Source: Podarcis filfolensis
Lineage: Eukaryota
Strand: one strand, 5' to 3'
DNA length: 64,000 nt
Assembly (NCBI GenBank): GCA_964270895.1
Contig: OZ185444.1
Every line of letters starts with the position of its first letter. The stretch's first letter is position 1. Positions 1 to 9,800 of the stretch are shown here, piece after piece. The notes beneath the pieces were generated by a model that saw only the letters and a list, made by a program, of their open reading frames with translations, was not told the DNA's origin and ran no database searches. The position numbers were made by a program, and so were the translations under genes.

Positions 1-330
1 TTATCTCATTATACATGACAAAGCCATTTTTCACCTTCTCACCCCTTGCTTTTTCCTGTAAGACCTATTGCAGTCGTTAAAGAGTCGTCAACAGGCTTAT
101 CACAGCTATCTGCCAACCACCCATTCCCACCACCCTTCTGAGTAATACCCCTCCCCACCTTCTCACTATATAGAAGGATCTGGCAACTTCTGTTTCAGTG
201 TATCTGAAGAAGTGTGCATGCACACGAAAGCTCATACCAAGAACTAACTTAGTTGGTCTTTAAGGTGCTACTGGAAGAAAAAAAATTTTTTTGTTTTGAC
301 TATGGCAGACCAACATGGCTACCTATCTGT
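1..330. mobile_element. Penelope-like element terminal fragment
   Basis: Contains CTGAAGAAGTGTGCATGCACACGAAAGCTCATACC...GTTGGTCTTTAAGGTGCTACTGG, which resembles reptile Penelope termini. A second copy is at 61399-61475. Family assignment is from recall. Confidence 0.55.
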
Positions 331-438
331 TTCAAGATATTTGTCATACTTGAGAGAGAACAGGCCTCCAGTTTTGGAAAAAGGTCCATATTATAGATTC
401 ATAAATGTTTTCATTTAATCCCATAAACTTTTTATATA

Positions 439-913
439 TGTAGGAATAGAATTTTATATAAATGTGGGATGTAATCCTCTGGAGCAGTCAAGTACATCAT
501 TTCCTGTTTGCCTAGAGTGAGCATGCATGGGGAATGTTGGTCCAGCCAGTTGAACTTCCTGTTACACCTGGCTGGAGCATCCTTCCTTTTGCATGTGACT
601 AGTAGGTGGGTGTGACCTTTCCAGAACTAGTAAAAGGCCAAGTCACATAGCCACACCTCTCCTTCTTTTTTTTCTTTTTTGTCCTCCCTGCTTCCTGATT
701 CAACTGGACTGCACTGCTGACTGTCAGCCAGCAGTCCCTAGGTTATCTCCCATATGGGGTAAACCTGTTTGTACATATTTGTAACTTTAAGCCTAAAGCC
801 TACCTTCAGGAATCACGCTGTGCTCTGCTGTTCGTGAGTAAAACTTCTTTTTGTTATAGTGTCTTTATTGTCTTAGGAGGGATCAAAGGGGTCTTACCAG
901 GAATAATAGAACA
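439..913. mobile_element. Possible solo LTR
   Basis: Bounded by TG...CA with 4-bp flanks TATA/TATC and an internal AGTAAA. No second copy for comparison. Confidence 0.35.
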
Positions 914-948
914 TATCTCAATCTGGGCAAGCCAGACTGAATTGCTTA

Positions 949-1192
949 CAGTGGTACCTCGGGTTACAAATGCTTCAGGTTAAAAATACGCTTCAGGTTA
1001 CAGACCCCGCTAACCCAGAAATGGTACCTCGGGTTACGAACTTTGCTTCAGGATGAGAACAGAAATCGTGCTCCAGCAGCACAGCGGCAGCAGGAGGCCC
1101 CATTAGCTAAAGTGGTGCTTCAGGTTAAGAACAGTTTCAGGTTAAGAACGGACCTCCAGAATGAATTAAGTACTTAACCCGAAGTACCACTG
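949..1192. mobile_element. Tc1/mariner (Tigger/pogo-type) MITE, family 1, opposite orientation to the other three copies
   Basis: TIR CAGTGGTACCTC...GAAGTACCACTG with TA on both sides. Internal sequence is the reverse complement of the copies at 20275, 26935 and 41744. Confidence 0.9.
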
Positions 1193-1489
1193 TATTATCT
1201 TAAGAGACTCACACAAGTCTGCAACCTGCTTCCTGCTGTGTAAAAGGGGGGATGCACTCTGCTGTATAAAGATACTTACTAGCACAAGTTAGGAAGGATA
1301 ATATTAATCAATATATCCTCTCCTGTTGCCCACAACATTCCCACAATAAAGAAGATTCTTGATGCATAATAGCTTTGAAAAGGGTTCCGGAAAGTTGGTA
1401 CAAAAATACAGCATCTAGGCTGCTGGTAGGAACTTAATTGTTTGCTCATATAACAATATTATACAAACTTCATTAGTTTGCAAATTGTT

Positions 1490-1930
1490 TCCAGGCCCAC
1501 TTCAAAGTGCTGGTTATCACCATTGTATTCCTAAATAGGTTGGGATGTAGATAGCTAAATGCCAGCCTCGTCTTACTGTATATGCATTTACCTATATAAA
1601 TGCGTTAGTCCTCAGGGGAAAGCTTGCCCTCTTTTCAACTGCTGTCTGAGATGAGGCTGGTTGTGCAAAGAACAGGTCCTTCTTAGTGGTGGTATCACCC
1701 AGGCTTTGGACTTTTCTGCTCCAGAAGACCTGCCAGATTCCCCTTCTTTCTGCTTTCAGCCACCAAATACCGGTAAATACAATACAATACTATATAAATA
1801 CAAGCTTTATTAGGGCTTTCTACAATATATTAATATCTCTTTGCTAATTTATTGCTTCTGCTACAGTTTGAGCGATCTTTTTGTGCTGCATTGAAATTGT
1901 TTCTATAATATTTGTTAACAGCCTTGATGG
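1490..1930 (+). mobile_element. Degenerate L2-like LINE 3' fragment
   Basis: Resembles the reptile L2 3' region. Highly decayed. Confidence 0.35.
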
Positions 1931-3619
1931 TCTGTCAACAAAAAAAATGAGGGAACTTTTTTTAAAAAAAGAAAAGAAATATTTTAACCCACTCTTCATT
2001 GTGGAGCAAACCTAGTAGTTTCTCAATTAAAACAAAAAAATCTCAACACACACACATGTATATTTAAGCAAAACAAAAATACCGCAAAAATTGCAAGTGG
2101 TGAAATCTTTCAAAGATAAACATATTTGGTACTGTATTATGCAATCTGAAAACTATGATAAGGAGCAAACAGTAGCTTTCCCACTCAACATCTCTAACCA
2201 CATATCCAGACAAGCATCCAAACACAAGAAAAATGGCAGAAAGTCTTACCACTTGGTAAAGTCCCTATTGTTTCCCACACTTTCAAATATGTCACAAGGG
2301 AAAATGAATGCATATTTGCATGAGTATAGGAAACCAAGTCATCATGTGGTAGAAAAGTGAAGCACATGGTAAGCAGGACATCAGATTTCAGCTTGTTTCA
2401 ATCACTTTTATATTAAGGAAGTCTGCTAAGCAAAACCAGCTCCCATTTTGAAATGAGCCCAGACAAAATGCCCTCCAGGTGGGCACTCTCCTTTTCTGGT
2501 GACCTTACCTGCTGATGGCAGTGCTGCAGTCTGTATGCCACCCACCATTTAATTTTTTTGTAATGGTCTCAGTGCAACATTGCTCTGGGGTAGAGAGTCT
2601 CTACCCATTTTGGTGATTGTGGCAGATCCAGGTTCAAAGACTCAGATCTGTAGATATCATCATTAGAAACATGTTTACTGGCTGGTGCTGATTTTTTTTA
2701 CCCTTATTTGTTTTATATATCACCTTCTTCCCAGTGTAGAACCCAAGGTGATTCACAACATACCTTGAAAACAGATACAGCTTTTTAAAAGTACCAGTTA
2801 GTTATAAATATTAGAAACAATTAAACAAGTTACCATATCAAAAAAACAATACTGAGTTAAAACAACTTAAAACCTTTAAGAATGCAATAAGAGAAGAAAA
2901 TATCCACCATTAAGAAACCCTGCCACAAAAGCCAGTTGGTGGCCAAAGGCCTCGAGTAATTTTGGTGACTGAGCGCTGCTTTTTTATTTGCAAAAATATC
3001 CAAGTTCACAAGTAAATAATAGTTCAGAGCCCATCATACATACACACACACAGCAATTATTACCTATTTGACCTTGTGGGAATATATATTATAAATCTGA
3101 ATACAATGAAATCTGTCTTTCCAACTTTACAGTATTAGAACAATATTTCATCCTCTCCCCCTTCTTACCACATACCTTTCACTGTGCTTGGCAGCACAGC
3201 CATTTACGAACAGCCCTGCATCTGCAAATACTATTAGTTTAGAAATTTTTTCCTGCACTATGTTGTTATAAAACTCATTTTTGGACCCATTTCTTGGTAT
3301 TTTTTTCATGTTACAGGACATTTCCCCCCATTTTCTTTTCCCTGCATAATGACAGTTTTAAATTCAGCTATTTTGGCCATATATATATAAGTAGTTTTCC
3401 TGAGGCCAAATAAAATGTCAGCCTTGAACTACAACCATGAGCTGCTGTAGTTAATTATACTGTTAAGTGGAGCTGCTGAGGCAGACGGCATTGTGTTAAC
3501 GGAAAGCCCTGTTGTATCCTTGAACTAAGCTGTTTGACTAACCTCACCCACAGCTCTGGTGATCAGGAAGTGGCCACTTGGCTTGTGATAAAAACCATCA
3601 AAACTAAACCTGTCCGAAC

Positions 3620-3800
3620 AGGACTGGGGAGACCCAGGTACAAAACCTAGCTTGGCCATGTAGCTCACTGGGTAACGTTGGCCAGTCTGTCTTTCAACCT
3701 CTATGTCACCGGGCTGTGGCAAGGATAAAAATGATAAAGGGAATCATGTACACCAACTTGATTGAGCTCCTTGGAGGAAAGGTGGGGTATTAACATAAGT
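3620..3800 (+). mobile_element. Old MIR/Ther1-like SINE
   Basis: Shares core motifs (CTCACTGGGT...TTGGCCAGT, CTCCTTGGAGGAAAGG) with the copies at 26377, 31565, 55795 and 63330. Confidence 0.6.
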
Positions 3801-3926
3801 AACATAAAAAATCCATTATAGCTGCTGCCTTCTGCCTGATGTTTCCATATTCTTAATCTACTCCTGCTGGCTTCTAGTATGCTCATCTTCCTCTACCACC
3901 TCTTCAGCCCTTTCAATCAAGTCCTA

Positions 3927-4100
3927 GTCAGAGAATCGTAGAATTGTAGAGTTAATCCAAGCCCCTGCAACACAGCAATCATAGCTAAAGAATCCCCGAG
4001 AGATGGCTGTCCAACCTCTGTTGAAAAACTTCCAATGAAGAAGAGTCTACCACCTTCCAAAGTAGTCTACTTGACTGTTGAACCACTGTCAACACCAGTC
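3927..4100 (-). mobile_element. CR1 LINE 3' fragment
   Basis: AGAATCGTAGAATTGTAGAGTT...GATGGCTGTCCAACCTCTGTTGAAAAACTTCCAATGAAG is the reverse of a CR1 3' end. Confidence 0.6.
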
Positions 4101-4819
4101 ATTGGGCCTAGTTGTCCCTTTGCCTTGTCCTATTATGTGATTGAACTGATAGGCTCATAAATGGCAGTCACTTGGCATTCCCCAATGGTGTTGCTGTAGA
4201 TCCTTTCGGTTGGATGGGTCCTACAATACACAAACTGGGGCCAGAATGAAGGCATGTGTGATCAGAATTCTCTTTAGGGACTTATAGACAAACTACCCAT
4301 TACCCCACATAAGTGAAGGGGGCGAGGGCATTTGTAGGAGAGAATTAGTACCTACTGGTGAGGTGAAGTTCTAGGCCTGATAAAATAAAGCATTCTCAAA
4401 AAATAAAATGTGCAATTGCTGATCTTCTAACAAAAATATCTAATGACCATATCCATGTTTAGCTGTCTTTTCATAAACAAAAATGTTCATTACTTTAGAC
4501 TTCCCTTATTGAGATTCCCCTCTCCCCATTCTCAAGTAAAGTACTCTCCCCCCGCAACACACACATTTCTTCCACATATGTGCAAATCAGTTCTTTTTAA
4601 AAATGCTTTCTATTTAGAAAAAGGAAGAAGTGATATAGTGTCCTGTGATGTTTGATATATGATAATCCAAAGTATTTCAAGATTATATTACTAAATAAAT
4701 TCATCACCTATGGTGTAAAATAAAAGAAATGTAATAGTATACAAAAGGTCACCCTCTTAACTAGTGGCCATCTGAAGAACACATAAGCCACTGAAGTGGT
4801 TGCTATTCACTCGGTAGGC

Positions 4820-4827
4820 TATATAAA
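4820..4827 (+). promoter_or_regulatory. TATA box of PMCH
   Basis: TATATAAA about 100 bp upstream of the PMCH ATG. Confidence 0.7.
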
Positions 4828-4925
4828 GACAGTTTTGTCTGTGACCAACACTATTTTCAAAGTAGTCTCTTTCAAATAATATTTGAACTTGATTCTCTTC
4901 CATGCAAACATTAAAGCACCAGAGA

Positions 4926-6467
4926 ATGTGTACCTCATCCTATGTATTAATACTAATTTTCTCTCTCTTTTCTCAAGGTTTCTTTCTTTCTGTCTCAAAG
5001 TCTATGCGAAAAGCAGAAGATGATATGCTGCTCAGTACATTCACGCTTGGAAAAGTAATACAGAATGGAGGCAAAGCTGAAAAGGCACGGCCCGCATCTT
5101 CTCTTGAGCATTATAAAATGGAGGACAACAGTTTTCTGGATGAAGAGGAAGATGGAGCCCCCAAGTTCTCTGTGAGTTTCATCTCTTGAGCTAATATGGT
5201 TTTTTAATACATTATTATAAATTATATGAAACAATATAATCATTCACCTTACAAACTCTTAAGAATTCCTGAATAGTTAAAAACTGATAAATATAATCAA
5301 TCCTTAATCAGTTACAACTCTATTAGTTTAATCCAATTTTTTTAACTAGATTGCTTTGAATAGATTTTTTTAAAAAATCAAAATAATTCACTGGAAGTAT
5401 TCTTCTGGGCTTTTCTCTGCTTGTAACCCAGTACTGTGTTTAACTTTGCCAATTTAATCATTTTCCAATAATTTCTCAATTCTGTATTGCTGAGGCTTCT
5501 TCCTTTATTCAGTTCTGAGCAATGAGAACTTTAGCATCACCAACAAAGAATAAGTTATCTGACTTCAATTACTATTACAGAACGTAGTAAAATTACAATA
5601 CAATCTGCTTAAATCTTTACTTGAGTTGTAACCTCAATTTTCCTTAATATTAACTTGCAAAATTTCTGTATCACTGGGCAGTCCCAACATATCTGCTTTA
5701 TGCTATTTAAAACTCCAGCATCCAGCTTTCTTCTCAACCTCATTCTCTTTATTCATTTATTTTTTAAAAAAATATAAACTGCTCACCCACTTGAAAAAAA
5801 TGGCATCCTCCAAAGAGACTTTCTTTAAAGGAGCTGCAATCCACTTCATGTTCTGGAAATGGCTCATCAGATCGACTGAGATCACTACACTTTGCATTCT
5901 GGCCATTAATATGTTTTTTTCCTTTAACATCTAAATTACCTTTTTATTAAATACAGAATATAAATCCTAAACACCATGCCATAAGTCATGGCCAACCCAT
6001 GAACCTAGATATTAAGCAACTTCCTTATTTTGCCCTGGAGGGACCTATGACTTTTCCATCTGATGCTGAAGTTCAGAACATTCAATCTGTACAACAAAGG
6101 AGAGAGACTGAAGATGATGAGAACTCAGCTAAATTACCTATTGGAAGAAGAGATTTTGACAGTAAGTATAACTTTCAGGTTATTTCAAGCAAGTAAAACA
6201 GCTGGATTATTGCAGCATTTTAAGGTATCAACTACTGAGACAACTTGGACTGGAGTCATTTCCTTTAAAAAAAAATTAAATAAATTGATTTTAAGATTAT
6301 TAGCTTAGTGAAGGTATGTAAGATGAAGATGTTCTTAAATCCAATTTAAATAAATGTTATGTGTGTTAACTATTTATCTACACAAAAATATCAATATTTA
6401 TTGGATGTTTTATGCAGTGCTCAGATGCATGCTGGGAAGAGTCTACCGACCTTGTTGGCAAGTCTAA
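4926..6467 (+). CDS. PMCH: Pro-melanin-concentrating hormone precursor, 3 coding exons, 166 aa
   Basis: Exons 4926-5171, 5957-6161 and 6418-6467, all GT-AG, total 501 bp in frame. Signal-peptide-like N-terminus MCTSSYVLILIFSLFSQGFFLSVS. C-terminus RR-ETEDDENSAKLPI-GRR-DFDMLRCMLGRVYRPCWQV-stop is NEI plus the canonical 19-aa MCH. Confidence 0.97.
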
Positions 6468-6635
6468 CAACTGCTGAAGTACGTCATTTGGAAGAGACAA
6501 AACCATGTTCTTGACAATTCAGTAAAGAAGTAGTTGTGGTTTAAGTATTGTTTTGTGTTTGTATTGATCCTATATATTTGTACATCAAAATACCACATGA
6601 TTACAGTATACAAATGTAAAAGATTACAGTGCATT

Positions 6636-6641
6636 ATTAAA
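6636..6641 (+). terminator. Candidate PMCH polyadenylation signal (ATTAAA)
   Basis: First canonical hexamer I found downstream of the stop at 6467. Position only, no transcript evidence. Confidence 0.45.
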
Positions 6642-6801
6642 ACTGGGAATTCCGCAAAGCTTGTTGATCCATTTGTCCAAATACTGCATACATATCAATA
6701 TTTATAATCACAAGGAAGATGTTACTGTAGCGTATGCATTTTTTCTTTCAAACCTCAAAACGAGTCAACAATTGTTTGCATAAGAATCACAGCAAGAGCA
6801 T

Positions 6802-9800
6802 TTATAATCTAAAGAAATGAGTTAGCTTTGCTTGACCAACAATCAGTTTATTTTTGGCTATAATCTTGTTGCATTTTCCAGCCCTCTTTATTTTGCTGTC
6901 CAAACTATTCTGGCATTTCACTGCAGTTTTTGGTCTCTTACTGTGTATGTGTTGAAGTGATTCGTTTTCATTACTGCATATGACATTTTCACTAGTCCTG
7001 TCCACCTGCTTCCTCTTTGAGCTCTTGTTTCTTGGCTGGCAACTTAGTTTTCCTATTTCTTTACTTTTACTTCCATTCTGATGAACATTTCCAGAACTAG
7101 TTCCAAGTGCAGCACTTTCAAGTTGTGAATGTAGGCATTCTGCTGGTTAAGAGAACACAACATTTTTATAAGAAAAAAAAGCAAGATAATATTATTTGAG
7201 TAATTTTTTTCCTGATGTGCTAGTCACTTAAATCCACATCATTATTTTTACACAGATTACTTTCTTATAAAAATGATTAGCCCAACACAAATTAGCAGAG
7301 TTAGTGCACTACAAGCCAAACATGATATAGAACTGTAGCAATGATTTAGAAAAAAAATCAGCAATTGCTATAGGAAATGGACACACAGAGGGCAGAAAGT
7401 TCATCTTTAAAAAGTAAAACATATACAGCAAAATGCAACTACTTGTTGATGTAAAAGAATTAAATCAACAGTTTAAACACCTTTGTCTTCATCTATTTAC
7501 CATGACAATACACAGGTTATAAAAAGTATGTGAAGTTTAAATAACTTTTCAAGAATATTTAGAGTATCACTTTTGACAGAGGTCAATTCACACAAGGTAC
7601 TTTTACACATCAGAAATCCGTGTACTGAGTTATGCACCTGGGTGGACAAAGATAAAAGGTGCATCTGGTGACTGCAGATATAGTAGCAGCAATTTATAAG
7701 ATCACATTGCACTTATTCTAGCTGTTGCAGCAACAGGATTTGCTGCAAACTGTATCCATGACTGCATTATACGGCCCTTGTGATATTCCAGTTACTTGCT
7801 TGTAGAAGCAAGCATAGAAGAAATACAGCCCTAAGGCAACAAAAAACAACACTCAAAAGCAATGCTGTTTTCAACACCAGTGCTTTGAAGGCCTGAATGT
7901 TCATGGCCAACATTTATATAAAGGGGTTTTGTATTAAATAATTGCAGGAGAAAGCAAGCAGTGGTGTCTCCTGTGGATCTGCACTGAGATCAGTACTATT
8001 CAACTAATTCATAAATGATCGTATTAGGAATGATCAGTGAAGTGGCCAAGTTTGTGAAAGACACCAAATTATCAAGAACAGTGAAACTCCAAGTGAACTG
8101 GTGAAGAAATTGAAAATGGGTAAATGGGTAATAAAATAGCAAATGATACTTGAATTATGTGTTACTTTTACACATAAAGTTATGCACCTTGGGGCAAAAC
8201 ATCCTGTCTTCACATATACACTTCACATATGCATATATACTGCTGGGGTCTGAACTGATAATGTTGAACCAGGAAAGAGATTGTGGGGTCATTGTGGAAA
8301 ACTTGATGAGAACTCAGGTTGCGTGGTGCAAAACAAAACAAAACAAAAAGGCAAATTCCATGCCATATTGGACCTGTCTATTCCCACATCAACTCTGTAA
8401 AGTAGGTGAGATTGAGAATGAGGTATACAGGAAGCGCATGATTAAAAGAACAAAACGTACATAATAAAACAAGTCTAACAATAAGTTCCATGCTGGCTAA
8501 ATAGAATCTGGATACAGTGGTGCCTCGCAAGAGGAAATTAATCCGTTCCGCGAGTCTCTTCGTCTTGCGGTTTTTTCGTCTTGCAAAGCACGGCTATTAG
8601 CGGCTTAGCGGCTTAGCAGCTATTAGCGGCTTAGCGGCTATTAACGGCTTAGCGGCTATTAATGGCTTAGCGGCTTTAAGAAAAAGGAAACAAACTCGCA
8701 AGAACTCGCAAGAAACGTCTTGCGAAGCAAGCCCATAGGGAAATTCGTCTTGCGGAACGACTAAAAAAATGGAAAACTCTTTCGTCTTCGCATTTTTCGT
8801 CTTGCGAGGCATTCGTCTTGCGAGGTACCACTGTACTAGTTATCTGCAACCAGAACCAAGGGCGTAGCTAGCTGCTCTGGCACCCGGAGCAGTGGGGGCA
8901 GGGTGAGCCGCCGACGGGGATGGGGCAATCCATGCACGGGGGTGCCGCGGTGATGACCCGCCCAGGGGGGCGGCACAGCGAGCTGCCCACAGAATCCACT
9001 TGGCGGACGCAAGCTGTACACTGCCATTTCGGGCACTGCAGGGCCCAGAGCCACCGCATCACTCCCAGGAGAGACGCGTGGCTCGGGTGCGCTGTGGGCC
9101 ATTTTGTCACCCCCCTCAAGGATGACACCCAGGGCGGACCGCACCCCCCTTCCTACGCCCCTGACCAGAACTAGCTGCTGGATATCAGAACCTGGAGACA
9201 GAAAACAGCAGCATGCATGACTGCCTTCATACCCTGTTCATGGACTTCCCAGGCGCCCCGAGAGGCCAATGTTGGAAATAGATGAGCTAGATGAGTCTTT
9301 GGTGTGATTCAATAGAACTCTGATTTTCTTATACAAAACAATTTTAGATATGATTATAATGGTTACTTTGAATTTGGCAACATACAAATCCATCTGGCTT
9401 ATCAGAAAGATGCAACTATATAATCACTGAAAAGTGGAAAGGGAAAGCAAAGAGGTCTTGAGAAGTTTTATTGCTGATTTGTTTACCTGCAGTTGATTCA
9501 TTTTTAGAGTCTGGAACAGCCTTTTCTTTCAGTGCTGGATGTTCACATGTTGGGGCCTGGATTGCCTGGAAATGCTGACCCTTTGACTCAGTCATTTGGT
9601 CATCTTTGTAGGTGCAAGAAAACTGAGACCTAATTAAAGGTTGCTTCAACTAAATTGAAAGAAGTGAAATTATGAAATGCAGGTGGTTGCTATGAATGTG
9701 ATTTCTAATATGGAAATCTGATGTGAAAATACTTCCAGAAATTTAGATAACTATATTTTACATTATATACCGTATTGGCCCAAATATAAGCCACATCCCC

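Noticed and set aside
7501-7830. 330-bp minus-strand segment with a good acceptor (polypyrimidine-TAG at 7831) and a GTAAAT donor inside the last PARPBP intron
   Set aside because: Stops occur in all three frames and there is no similarity to PARPBP. The flanking exons join in phase without it.
8590-8674. Short periodic repeats considered as a CRISPR-like array
   Set aside because: There are no unique spacers, the context is eukaryotic, and it is a simple minisatellite within a MITE.
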